The notes under the pieces were generated by a model that worked only from the letters and a program-made list of their open reading frames with translations, was not told the origin of the DNA and did no database searches. DNA of 62,839 nucleotides, counting the filler, from Gemmatimonadota bacterium (GTDB lineage Bacteria; 4572-55; J002): the NCBI GenBank assembly GCA_003697105.1. It is 6 parts of 5 records of this genome, joined end to end, with 100 filler letters (N's around TTAATTAATTAA, not from the genome) between each part and the next. Parts side by side here need not be neighbours in the genome. Positions count along the whole stretch, not along the records: positions 1 to 3,387 come from RFFQ01000095.1; positions 3,488 to 16,977 come from RFFQ01000095.1; 4 more parts are not named here. The stretch is one strand, 5' to 3'. Positions 1-9,527 of this stretch are shown here, one piece after another (position 1 is the first letter of the stretch; each line of letters starts with the position of its first letter). Both the position numbers and the translations under genes were made by a program.

Positions 1-156
1 GTCTTTCAACTCTTTGTCGGCATTCATCTTCTCAGTATTCAGCATCACATCCAAGTGGTGCTAAATCTCAATGAAACACACTAAACTATTCTGGACGGTC
101 TCGGACCCCGATATAAAAATGTCTATTCATAACATAGGGGGTGCGGAATGTCGGGC

Positions 157-1080
157 TTATGGGCGATAGAGGTGCTTCAATACCTGATGGTAATGATCCT
201 CAAATAGGGTTAGAATCTTATTTTTGTGATCGTTGGAGTGCTTTTTCAAATAGCCGGTTTCCAACTTCATTCCACTGATCTTCCCATGTTGAATCTGCTT
301 CCGCAAGTAATTTCCGTGGTGTTGAAATAACTGATGTTCCACGATGTTCCCCACCGGTGAGGCTAATATCCGTTCCCAAACTTTCTTTTGATAACGTTGA
401 CCTGCCGTAGGCATAAATTGGTAATGGTTCGCTTCGGAACACCGGGCATTTGGGAAAAACCGGTGTATCCACTGATTTTGATCTAGAAACTGCCGGTAAA
501 CGGCATAACCAAAAATTGGTTTTAAGCTAATGACTTGGTGTGCCGTAAAAAGGTCTTCTTTTAAAATATGATAGTGATTTGTATCGATGATAAAATTATG
601 GCAAAGTACTTTTGCTTGCTTTGAAAGCTTGTGAAACAGGGTTATCCCAAAATTTACGGTCCAAGCTCGGTTTTTTTCGGCAATGATAAACAGATCGATG
701 TCATCCCCGTAGCGGGAATTTTCAAAACTGGTTGCGCCGGAAAATGCTACCATGCGTACAAACGGCATGGCAATCACCGTATTGATCACCTGTTGGTACT
801 TGTTTAGCAGTTCGCGCGTCTGGTGCTGCCGGATTTTCCGTTCTGTTACCAAAGCTTCTCGACCCTGAAGCAGATAAAAATCATCAATGTGATTCAAGTA
901 GCCGCGAAGGAGGGATGATTCCGTTAATACGCGCTGCAACTCTTCTTTCGCTATCTGAAATTCAAATAATCCCTGATGGATTTCATCGAGCGTCAGGGGA
1001 TAGCTAAACATGTCTGCATAGCAGATCGTCTTTAAAATCGCCTCTTCTGCACTGGTAAATGGCGTTGGATAGGACATCAT
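157..1080 (-). CDS. Nucleotidyltransferase-domain protein with N-terminal helical/wHTH-like region
   Basis: 307-aa ORF; Pol-beta NTase-type motif 'FSGATSFENSRYGDDIDLFII' (hG[G/S]...DxD); N-terminal 'YADMFSYPLTLDEI' segment. Confidence 0.6.
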   Translation of the reverse strand: MMSYPTPFTSAEEAILKTICYADMFSYPLTLDEIHQGLFEFQIAKEELQRVLTESSLLRGYLNHIDDFYLLQGREALVTERKIRQHQTRELLNKYQQVINTVIAMPFVRMVAFSGATSFENSRYGDDIDLFIIAEKNRAWTVNFGITLFHKLSKQAKVLCHNFIIDTNHYHILKEDLFTAHQVISLKPIFGYAVYRQFLDQNQWIHRFFPNARCSEANHYQFMPTAGQRYQKKVWERILASPVGNIVEHQLFQHHGNYLRKQIQHGKISGMKLETGYLKKHSNDHKNKILTLFEDHYHQVLKHLYRP

Positions 1081-1257
1081 ACTAACCTTGCATAAACATC
1101 TTGATCCCGACGTGCCGATTTCGCATATTAATAAGACTGCATTTCAAGATCAGACGGTTTTTTTCCGTGGGATCGAATATAGAATGGCACGCATCGGTCT
1201 TGAAAACTACCGCATGAACGGTAATAACCCCCAGACTTATCTAAAAGGATACTTCGC

Positions 1258-1728
1258 ATGCCGATCTATGAGTATGAATTAATTGAGGGTACTTGTGACG
1301 TCTGCCCCGGTCGATTTGAAGCCCGGCAGTGGATGAAAGATGAGCCGCTCGCCGTCTGTCCTCGATGCCAAAAACCGGTTCGTCGTTTGATTTCCAGAGT
1401 TGCGATTCATCGACCGACAACGGCGACAGACCTTAAGTCGCAAGGGATGACCCGTTTAGTACGGCGAGATAAAGGTGTGTACGAAATTGAAGGTGCCAAT
1501 TCCGGCATTGTAGATTTATCACGCCACATTGAGGCACAGGAACAGCACCAAGCGGACGAAAATGTCTATGACCTCAGTGATTATGCGCCGGCAGATGTTG
1601 GCAGCCCGCCAGATATGGAACCCAAACAGGCGGCGGGTGTTGAAGCTCCGCTGAAACGGCAACCTGACACTAAATTTCAATCGCTTCCCTTTTATGATAT
1701 GACGCGCGTCCAACCGGATCAGGCGTGA
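1258..1728 (+). CDS. FmdB-family zinc-ribbon protein with acidic/Pro-rich C-terminal extension
   Basis: 'MPIYEYE...CDVC...FEARQWMKDEPLAVCPRCQKPVRRLIS' signature; AAGGA RBS upstream. Confidence 0.8.
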   Translation: MPIYEYELIEGTCDVCPGRFEARQWMKDEPLAVCPRCQKPVRRLISRVAIHRPTTATDLKSQGMTRLVRRDKGVYEIEGANSGIVDLSRHIEAQEQHQADENVYDLSDYAPADVGSPPDMEPKQAAGVEAPLKRQPDTKFQSLPFYDMTRVQPDQA

Positions 1729-3350
1729 TACACAATTTCGCCATCAAACACCGTCATCGTCACTTCGGTCTGCAAAATGCCGGCAGGCTCAATGGTAAAA
1801 ATATCCTGTGAAAGGAGTACCATATCCGCCAGTTTGCCGGCAGTAAGGCTCCCTTTAATCGCTTCTTCGCCGGAGGCGTATGCCGCCCCGAGGGTATAAC
1901 CTCGCACGGCATCTTCCACCTGGAGCCGCTCAGCAGGCAACCAACCCCCTTCAGGTGTACCATCTCGTCGCTGGCGGGTTACTGCCGCGTGAATTCCCAG
2001 AAGCGGATCGCAGGTCTCAACCGGCACATCCGACCCCAGAGCCAGTGGAATCCCTGCCGTCTGTATTTGCTTAAAAATATAGGTCTTCTCCAATTTATCC
2101 GGCCAATACTGCTCGGCGGTGGCAATATCTCCCGGTAAATGAATGGGCTGTACTGAGGAAATCAACCCTAATTGCTGAACCCGCGGCAATAATTGGGGAT
2201 CAATGCACTGCATGTGCTCGATTCGATTGCGAAAATAGCGATTTTGCCGGTTGTGCGAGTGGGCTGTTTCGCGGGTGATTTCTTCAAATACTTCCAATAC
2301 CTCCCGGTTACACCGATCACCAATGGCGTGAACGACACCACAAATCCCGTTCTCCGCGGCTTTTTTCAAATTTGCTTTGAGCGTGTCTCGCGGGATCGCC
2401 AAAATCCCGCAGGATTCTGTGCCGGGATAGGGGGTTTCCATGTACGCGGTTTGTGAACCCAGTGCCCCATCCGTCAGTTGTTTTAAGCCACCTAAACGTA
2501 AGTATTCATTCCCAAACCCGGAACGGATCCGGGCATCAATCACCGCATCGAGCATATCCAGCGTGATGGAACACCAAAACCGGAAACCCAAGCCCCGCCC
2601 GCCTTCACGATGATATATATCTTGTAACACCGGAAAAGGTGAGAACATTTTCGCTGTGGACATGTCCTGCGTACCAACTAAACCCAGTTTATGTGACTCT
2701 TGTATGGCGCGCTTGATCGCTTTTTCCTGTAATTCTGGGGTTGAGGATGGAATTAGGGTATCGATTCGTCTGCGGGAGTCTTCAAACAAAATACCGGTGG
2801 GGTTGCCCGCCGTATCTTTCATAATTTCATTATTGGGATCGGGCGTGTGGCGATCCACACCGGCAATTTCCATCGCTTTGGAATTAACCCAGATCGAATG
2901 TCCTTCCTTGCCGTGCAATAAAATCGGGTTTTCTGGCGAAAACGCATCCAAATCGGCAGCGGTGGGAAACCGTCCCAGTTGCCAGACGTTTTTGTTCCAG
3001 CCATAACCGGTAATCCATTCCCCCGGTGAGGCGTTTTCGACAGCGGCGCGAATTTGATCCAAAGCTTGGTGAAAATCGGTCGTTTGGGTCAGATCAACCT
3101 GAAAAAAAAGTTCACCATATTGCAAAAAGTGGCTGTGCGCATCGATCAAGCCCGGTATAAGGGTCTGTCCCTGACAGTTGATGATCTCGCGCTGGGGCAG
3201 CCCACACCCTAGAATCTCCGTATTTGACCCTACCGCAAAGATTTTATTCCCCGTCGTGGCGATTGCTTCCGCACGGGGTTGGTGGTTATCCATCGTATAT
3301 ACATTCGCATTGATAAAGAGTTTATTTTTTGCCATAACCGGTACTTTCAT
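1719..3350 (-). CDS. Amidohydrolase 3 family (YtcJ-like) metal-dependent hydrolase; start may be 3335
   Basis: PGLIDAHSH, DGALGSQTA, HAIGDR, RIEH, GSDVPV and GKLADMV motifs. Confidence 0.9.
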   Translation of the reverse strand: MKVPVMAKNKLFINANVYTMDNHQPRAEAIATTGNKIFAVGSNTEILGCGLPQREIINCQGQTLIPGLIDAHSHFLQYGELFFQVDLTQTTDFHQALDQIRAAVENASPGEWITGYGWNKNVWQLGRFPTAADLDAFSPENPILLHGKEGHSIWVNSKAMEIAGVDRHTPDPNNEIMKDTAGNPTGILFEDSRRRIDTLIPSSTPELQEKAIKRAIQESHKLGLVGTQDMSTAKMFSPFPVLQDIYHREGGRGLGFRFWCSITLDMLDAVIDARIRSGFGNEYLRLGGLKQLTDGALGSQTAYMETPYPGTESCGILAIPRDTLKANLKKAAENGICGVVHAIGDRCNREVLEVFEEITRETAHSHNRQNRYFRNRIEHMQCIDPQLLPRVQQLGLISSVQPIHLPGDIATAEQYWPDKLEKTYIFKQIQTAGIPLALGSDVPVETCDPLLGIHAAVTRQRRDGTPEGGWLPAERLQVEDAVRGYTLGAAYASGEEAIKGSLTAGKLADMVLLSQDIFTIEPAGILQTEVTMTVFDGEIVYHA

Positions 3351-3387
3351 GGTGATTATTGTTGAGGCGTTTCCATTTCGGTGTTAT

Positions 3388-3487
3388 NNNNNNNNNNNNN
3401 NNNNNNNNNNNNNNNNNNNNNNNNNNNNNNNTTAATTAATTAANNNNNNNNNNNNNNNNNNNNNNNNNNNNNNNNNNNNNNNNNNNN
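3388..3487. other. Artificial contig linker (N44-TTAATTAATTAA-N44)
   Basis: N run with six-frame stop cassette; identical at five positions. Confidence 0.99.
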
Positions 3488-4544
3488 CAACCAGTTTTTG
3501 CACGCCTTCTACGGGCATGGCGTTGTAGATCGATGCCCGCAGACCACCTACGGAACGGTGACCTTTTAGCGTCACCAACCCTTCGGCTTGAGCTTCTGTA
3601 ATGAAGGCTTTTTCAAGGTCTTCATTTGGCAAGCGCCACGTAACATTCATCCAGGAGCGGCTATCTGCCTCGGCAGTACCCTTGAAGAAGTCTGGATGCT
3701 CATCGATTTTACCATAAATCAGGTCAAATTTCTCTTTGTTCCAGGCGCTGATCGTGTCTAGTCCACCGATGCTTTGGATGTAGCGCAAGACTTCATTAAT
3801 CACATAGATCGGAAAGCACGGCGGTGTGTTGAACATGGAGTCTTTTTCAATATAGGTTTTGTAGGTCAGCATCGTCGGTAGTCCATCAGCGATGCGATCC
3901 ACCATGTCATCTCGAAGCAACACCAATGTCACCCCGGCGGGACCTAAATTTTTCTGCGCGCCGGCGTAAATCATGCCAAACGGGGTAAAATCGATCTTTT
4001 TATACATAATGTCGGATGACATATCAGCGATGATCGGGATACCTCCGGTATCCGGGATGGTGTGATATTGTGTTCCAAAAATTGTATTGTTGGTCGTGAT
4101 ATGTACAAAGCGAGCATTTTTATCGAGGTTCAATTCTTCTTGTTTGGGGATGCGGCGGTAAACACCATCTTCACCCTTTGTAGAAGCGGCAACACGGTAC
4201 GATTTGCCCTGAATTTTGGCTTCTTTAATGGCTTTTGAGGACCACGAGCCGGTATCAATATAGTCAGCACTGCCTTCCCCCAAAAAATTCATCGGGATCA
4301 TGGCGAATTGCATACTTGCTCCGCCGGTGGTGAATAAAATATGGAAATTTTCCGGAATTTCGTAAACCTCACGGAGCATAATCTTGGTATCTTCAAAAAT
4401 CTTCTTAAACTCTTTGCCGCGATGGCTCATTTCCATCACGCCCATACCCGTGCCTTGATAATCGATAAAATCGCGCTGAATCTGTTCAAGTGCAGGGAGC
4501 GGAAGTGTCGAGGGTCCCGCACTAAAGTTATATACACGTCCCAT
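3488..4544 (-). CDS. serC: Phosphoserine aminotransferase, last few codons cut by contig end
   Basis: YNFSAGPS, EMSHR, ADMSS, YAGAQKNLGPAG (PLP Lys), NTPP, KGHRSVGGLRASIYNA. Confidence 0.97.
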
Positions 4545-4562
4545 GGATAGATTCTCCTTATG

Positions 4563-5459
4563 TTAGAATTGGATGTGCTTGACCATTTCGATATAATCCC
4601 GAACCATATTTACCACAATATCGCTGATCCGCAGTAGATTTTCTTTGGAATTGGCGCCGATATGGGGCGTCATAATGACGTTCGGAGCGGAAAGCAGCGG
4701 TGAATCCTTCGCCGGTGGATCACTCAGCCAGACATCGGTGGCGTAAGCGTGGACTTTACCACTTTTTAGCGCTTCTGCCATGTCGGCTTCATTCACCACT
4801 TCGCCCCGTGCCGTATTGATGATCGCGACACCATCTTTCATCATGGCAATCGTCTCTTTATTGATCATGCCGATGGTTTCCGGTACGGCGGGAACGTGCA
4901 ACGAGATATAATCCGCATTCTTAACCGCTTCTTCCAGTTTCTCAAACATGATGATCTCGCGCACTTTGGGAGTATCTTTGGCGTAACCAATGACTTTCAT
5001 CCCGAAAGCGTATGCCCGCTTAGCAACTTCTGACCCGATGTTTCCCGTCCCGATTAAACAGAGGGTTTTGGTATATAATTCGGTACGTTTTAGGTTTTTC
5101 TTTTCCCATTTACCGGCTTTCATGCTCTCGTGGGCTTCGATAAGCCGTGTCGGGATGGAGAGCATCAGGGCAAATGCCAATTCTGCCACGGCTACCGAGG
5201 AGGCAGACGCCGTATTTTTAACGATGATGTTTTTCTCTTTAGCATACGCCAGATCGATATTATCCAAACCCACGCCTCCCCGAATAATCAACTTCAAATT
5301 TTTGGCTTGGTCAATATACTCTTTGGTGCATTTAGTTGCACTACGCACCAACACGATATCTGCTTCCGGCAGGCGCGACTTATCCTCGGTGACGTCGCCA
5401 TACGGTTCCAACCGTTGGGGTAAAGAGGGATCAAATTTATCAGAAATTAAAATTTTCAT
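4563..5459 (-). CDS. serA: D-3-phosphoglycerate dehydrogenase, short form without ACT domain
   Basis: VRSAT, GVGLDNID, GTGNIG Rossmann motif, INTARG, TPHIGA; co-oriented with serC. Confidence 0.85.
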   Translation of the reverse strand: MKILISDKFDPSLPQRLEPYGDVTEDKSRLPEADIVLVRSATKCTKEYIDQAKNLKLIIRGGVGLDNIDLAYAKEKNIIVKNTASASSVAVAELAFALMLSIPTRLIEAHESMKAGKWEKKNLKRTELYTKTLCLIGTGNIGSEVAKRAYAFGMKVIGYAKDTPKVREIIMFEKLEEAVKNADYISLHVPAVPETIGMINKETIAMMKDGVAIINTARGEVVNEADMAEALKSGKVHAYATDVWLSDPPAKDSPLLSAPNVIMTPHIGANSKENLLRISDIVVNMVRDYIEMVKHIQF

Positions 5460-5522
5460 GATGACATCCTCACTAACATTAATGAGTCCATAAAATGTCG
5501 CAAGTTTAGGCTTGCGCTGAGT

Positions 5523-6773
5523 TTATTTCAACAGATGAACCACTAACCCGCTTCGTAGTTTAGGCTCAAACCACGTGGATTTGGGCGGCATAATTTTTCC
5601 AGCATCCGCGACATGGATTAAATCCTCAATGGAGGTGGGATACATGGAAAAGGCGACGGTGTAGCCTGTTTCGTTCACCCGGCGTTCCAGTTCTTTCAAT
5701 CCGCGAATCCCGCCTACAAAATCAATCCGGTCATCCGTCCGCGGGTCGCCGATTGCTAGCACCGGCTCAAGCACGTTGGCTTGCAAAATGTGTACATCCA
5801 GACGCTCAATGGGGTCCTCGGGGTTGAACGTGCCCGCTTTTGCCACCAACTTATACCAGGCCCCCTCCAAGAACATTCCAAAATGATGCTTATCTTCGGG
5901 GGCGTAGGGATCGGTGCCCCATTTTTCCACTTCAAACTTTTCGCGGATACGCTTTAGGAATTCATCTGCGGAGTGCCCGTTTAAATCCTTGACCACCCGA
6001 TTATAATCTAAAATTTTGAGCTGGTTATGCGGAAATAACACGGCAAGGAAAAAATTAAACGGCTCTTCACCGGTGTAATTGGGGAATTGCTGGCGTCGCA
6101 TCACGCCCAGATTCGCCGCGGAGGCACTCCGGTGATGCCCATCGGCAACGTACATGGTGGATATCTGATCGGCAAAAAGCGCGGTGATGCGATCCATGAC
6201 GGCGGTATCATCGATCACCCAAAACCGGTGATAGATGCCGTCTTCTGCCATAAAATCATTTTCCGGCTCGTGGTGTGTTTGCCAATCAGCAACCAGTTGA
6301 TCGATTTCATCATGGGCGCGGTAGGTCAGAAAAACGGGACCCGCATTGCAATTGGTTACATCCAAATGGCGAGTACGATCTTCTTCTTTGGCTTTACGGG
6401 TTAATTCGTGTTTTTTGATATGGTCATTAAGATAATCATCCACGGATGCCGCCACAACCAGCCCAACTTGTTTGTGGTCACCCATCTGCTGTTCGTATAA
6501 ATAATAATGAGGGGTCTCATCTTGAACGAGTATCCCCTCTGCCATGAATTTTTGTAGATTTTCAGCCGCTTTGGCATATACCCGGTCATCATACAAGCTA
6601 ATCGAGGGATCAAGATCGATTTCCGGTTTGTTGATATGCAAAAAACTATAAGGATTCCCTTTGGCTATCTCGCGAGCCTCTTCAGAATTGATTACATCAT
6701 ACGGGTAAGATGCCACTTTCGCGGCGAGTTCTTTCGGGGGACGAACCCCTTTGAAGGGTCGAATGTGAGCCAT
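5523..6773 (-). CDS. DUF1015 family protein
   Basis: Start MAHIRPFKG after AAAGGAGG RBS; PYDVI, IKKHELTR, YVADGHHRSA, MPPKSTWFEPKLRSGL. Confidence 0.92.
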   Translation of the reverse strand: MAHIRPFKGVRPPKELAAKVASYPYDVINSEEAREIAKGNPYSFLHINKPEIDLDPSISLYDDRVYAKAAENLQKFMAEGILVQDETPHYYLYEQQMGDHKQVGLVVAASVDDYLNDHIKKHELTRKAKEEDRTRHLDVTNCNAGPVFLTYRAHDEIDQLVADWQTHHEPENDFMAEDGIYHRFWVIDDTAVMDRITALFADQISTMYVADGHHRSASAANLGVMRRQQFPNYTGEEPFNFFLAVLFPHNQLKILDYNRVVKDLNGHSADEFLKRIREKFEVEKWGTDPYAPEDKHHFGMFLEGAWYKLVAKAGTFNPEDPIERLDVHILQANVLEPVLAIGDPRTDDRIDFVGGIRGLKELERRVNETGYTVAFSMYPTSIEDLIHVADAGKIMPPKSTWFEPKLRSGLVVHLLK

Positions 6774-6831
6774 ATAACCTCCTTTCGGCGTAGAATCTGA
6801 TAAAAAATTACTGTACCTAAAACTCCGAAAA

Positions 6832-6860
6832 ATATTACGGATTCCACCGGAAATTGTCAA
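6832..6860 (-). promoter_or_regulatory. Sigma70-type promoter of DUF1015-serA-serC
   Basis: TTGACA-17 bp-TAATAT on the minus strand. Confidence 0.65.
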
Positions 6861-6948
6861 TAAAAATCCCCCTTTGCTATTGACAGAAATTCCGCTCGGG
6901 ACGTTATTATCTAACCTATTTCAACCTCACAACATAACACCGGTATGT

Positions 6949-9057
6949 ATGGCACCAAAACGAGCACATCTTTTATTTTTTCTAAGCCTTTGGGGGTTTT
7001 ATGTGTGGCTTCTTTGCCCAACACTTTATTGGGAGGATAGTGGCGAATTTATCGTCGCGGCGACTAATTTGGGTGTGGCGCACACACCCAGTCATCCCCT
7101 TTATGTTCTGTGGGGCAGGATTTTTTCGTTACTTCCATTGGGTTCGATTGCCTTCCGGTTAAACCTGATGTCCGCCGTATTTGCCGTCGGTACGGTGGTA
7201 GGGATCGCCTATTTACTGCCGAATCGATTCAATTTTTGGGGGGCACTGATTGCCGCCGTGACGGTACCCTATTGGGAGTTTGCCTTTGCTGCGGAAGTTT
7301 ATACCCTTAATAATTTCCTTCTTTTTTGGTGTCTGTTTTTCCTGATTCGCTACCGGCTGACGGCAGAAGCACACCAACTTTATGGCTTTGCCTTTTTTTA
7401 TGGATTGGCGCTGACTAACAATCCGAGTCCTATCTTTTTCGCACCGATTTTTGCCCTTTTTTTACTGATTTTCCACTGGCGTTCTGGCGGTATCCGCGGG
7501 GGGGTTCTGGGGACGGCATTGGTTTGCTTTGTATTACCCTTAACGCTCTATGGCTATGCTCTAGTTCGCTCCCCCGTGGACCCGGTCCCGGATTGGGGCG
7601 ATGCGGAATCCCTGAAAAATTGGTGGTGGTTGCTGAGCGGTAGTGAATTTGGACCGAAAGTGACCGCTGCCTCTGATGTGCCGGAAACCGGATTTTGGCA
7701 GTCCGTGCTTCAATTTATACAAGATTTGCCGGCAACGCTCAATTGGGGCGTACTGGGGCTGGCGGGGATAGGTCTTGCGGTGCTTTTTACTACCCAACCT
7801 CTCATTTCAGGGGTGTTTGTTCTACTGGCAGGAATGAATGTTCTTTTTTCCTTCCGGTTCTGGGGGGTGAGTTTTGCGTTACCGGGCTATCTAGGGATAT
7901 TTTATTTACTTTCGGCGGTTTTTGCAGGTTATGGGGCATCGTTTCTGATCCAGCGGTTTCGGTGTTTTTCTCCTATCGTCCGGGGGGTTATGTGGGCTGG
8001 TCTGGTGGGGTTGGTGGTGCCTAATGCGCTTCAATTGATCGAACAACATCCGGCACGAAAAACATCGGCGTATCATTATAGCCGGGGGGTGCTGGCATCG
8101 ATTCCTGAAGCGTCTAATGTCATCTATTTGACCGAGAACACCATCGATTGGTTTGGAGTATTGTATTTACAAGTGATCGAGCGTCGCCGGGAAGCTGTGG
8201 TGACGGTCTATGCTCCCTATTTACGCTATCACTGGTACCGGACGCAGGTGGGTGCGGGTTATCCTGCTTTGGTGGTGCCGGCGGAGGGGGGGATTCATTC
8301 TTTTTGTAATGAAAATTTACATAATTTCAGGATCGTCTATACTCCAGACCAAACGTTTGCTTTACCACCGCGCCAAACGCGTATTCGTGGCTTGGTGTAT
8401 GAGCTTTTACCGGCGCCGTCTCGTTCCCCGCATGATCGGAATTTAGGCGATTACACCTTCGCCCGAATCAATGATGGCTCCGAGGCGGTTAAACGACGAT
8501 ATTCCTTGCTTCATGGCTACCGGGGTGACTTTCTCCTCCGCCGGAACCAACCGGGTTTAGCACTTCGAGAATACCGGCAAGCCATTCAAATCGACCCGGA
8601 AAATGCGAAATTACACTATAATTTAGGGGTGGTGTACCAACAACAGAATGCCACTGACCTTGCCAGACAGGCGTACCGGCATGCGATAGCCTTAAATGCG
8701 AACTTTGCACCCGCCTATTATAATTTGGGTACACTGGCTCAAGATCAAAACGATTTTGCTCAGGCAGAAGCATACTACCGACAGGCAATTGAACGCGACC
8801 CCACCTATGCGCGGGCGTATGATGCTTTAGGTGACCTGTATCTGCGTCAACGCCGTTTTGATGTTGCTCAGCAAATGTATCTTCATGCTATTGAAGTCGA
8901 TTCTACGTATGCAGATGCGTATAAAGCACTCGGTTTATTGAGCTTTCATATTTTCCACCAACCCCGGCAAGCCCGTTTGTATTTGGAGCACTATCTCCAA
9001 CTCCGCCCCCATACTCAGGAGGAAGAGGTACGTTCGGTGTTGAAGTCCTTGCCATAA
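6949..9057 (+). CDS. DUF2723/TMEM260-like GT-C membrane protein with C-terminal TPR repeats
   Basis: 'PTLYWEDSGEF...LGVAHTPSHPLY', AEVYTL, many TM helices, several TPRs (HYNLG, AYYNLG, AYDALG). Confidence 0.85.
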   Translation: MAPKRAHLLFFLSLWGFYVWLLCPTLYWEDSGEFIVAATNLGVAHTPSHPLYVLWGRIFSLLPLGSIAFRLNLMSAVFAVGTVVGIAYLLPNRFNFWGALIAAVTVPYWEFAFAAEVYTLNNFLLFWCLFFLIRYRLTAEAHQLYGFAFFYGLALTNNPSPIFFAPIFALFLLIFHWRSGGIRGGVLGTALVCFVLPLTLYGYALVRSPVDPVPDWGDAESLKNWWWLLSGSEFGPKVTAASDVPETGFWQSVLQFIQDLPATLNWGVLGLAGIGLAVLFTTQPLISGVFVLLAGMNVLFSFRFWGVSFALPGYLGIFYLLSAVFAGYGASFLIQRFRCFSPIVRGVMWAGLVGLVVPNALQLIEQHPARKTSAYHYSRGVLASIPEASNVIYLTENTIDWFGVLYLQVIERRREAVVTVYAPYLRYHWYRTQVGAGYPALVVPAEGGIHSFCNENLHNFRIVYTPDQTFALPPRQTRIRGLVYELLPAPSRSPHDRNLGDYTFARINDGSEAVKRRYSLLHGYRGDFLLRRNQPGLALREYRQAIQIDPENAKLHYNLGVVYQQQNATDLARQAYRHAIALNANFAPAYYNLGTLAQDQNDFAQAEAYYRQAIERDPTYARAYDALGDLYLRQRRFDVAQQMYLHAIEVDSTYADAYKALGLLSFHIFHQPRQARLYLEHYLQLRPHTQEEEVRSVLKSLP

Positions 9058-9102
9058 ACCATGATTTTGGGGGTGGCAGGCTTCAAAATCAAATTTTCTC
9101 CC

Positions 9103-9131
9103 TTGACAGTTCTGATGGTGGGTTTTATATT
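9103..9131 (+). promoter_or_regulatory. Sigma70-type promoter of the ABC exporter operon leader
   Basis: TTGACA (9103-9108)-17 bp-TATATT (9126-9131). Confidence 0.8.
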
Positions 9132-9172
9132 CGGCTAACTTGCAGTAAAACTCGATTTTTTGAGGAATTATA

Positions 9173-9325
9173 ATGATAATCCGTATGAATCATTTTCACT
9201 TTAATCTCTGGCACATGAAAGGGTGCGTTTTCATGATGAACATGAACGCTAATTTTTGTTCCCTTCGCCGGCTGGTACCTACCGGCGATATTGGTGTTTC
9301 AGGGGAGGAGTCTATCCATCGGTGA
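9173..9325 (+). CDS. Putative 50-aa leader peptide (uORF), not in ORF track
   Basis: GAGGA RBS then ATG; MIIRMNHFHFNLWHMKGCVFMMNMNANFCSLRRLVPTGDIGVSGEESIHR*; lies between the promoter and tandem terminators. Confidence 0.55.
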   Translation: MIIRMNHFHFNLWHMKGCVFMMNMNANFCSLRRLVPTGDIGVSGEESIHR

Positions 9326-9354
9326 GATTCAGCGGTAACTAAGAGATTGAGCAC

Positions 9355-9399
9355 AAGCCACGGATATGACTTCTACCGTATCCGTGGCTTATTTTGTTT
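9355..9399 (+). terminator. Leader terminator/attenuator hairpin 1
   Basis: AAGCCACGGATATG / CGTATCCGTGGCTT 14-bp stem (1 GU), 8-nt loop, followed by ATTTTGTTT. Confidence 0.75.
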
Positions 9400-9424
9400 A
9401 AACGGCAACCTCTCTTGGGTTGGT

Positions 9425-9465
9425 AAGCCACGGATTCAAATACTGAGTCCGTGGCTTTTCTTTTT
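9425..9465 (+). terminator. Leader terminator/attenuator hairpin 2
   Basis: AAGCCACGGATTCA / TGAGTCCGTGGCTT 14-bp stem (1 GU), 5-nt loop, followed by TTCTTTTT. Confidence 0.85.
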
Positions 9466-9527
9466 GGTGTGATCTACGAAATCGGGATTTGTACTCATCA
9501 TTTAACATCCAAAATGGAGATAGAACA

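Noticed and set aside
1-48. Possible start of a minus-strand gene (MLNTEKMNADKELKD...)
   Set aside because: Too short at the window edge to support a call
3388-3487. TTAATTAATTAA palindrome repeated five times within N runs
   Set aside because: Artificial scaffold linker; ORF ends and gene adjacency across it are not biological
9135-9527. T-box or known metabolite riboswitch in the ABC leader
   Set aside because: No T-box AGGGTGGNACC motif or recognisable aptamer by eye; the uORF has no R/K-x-R/K macrolide-arrest motif
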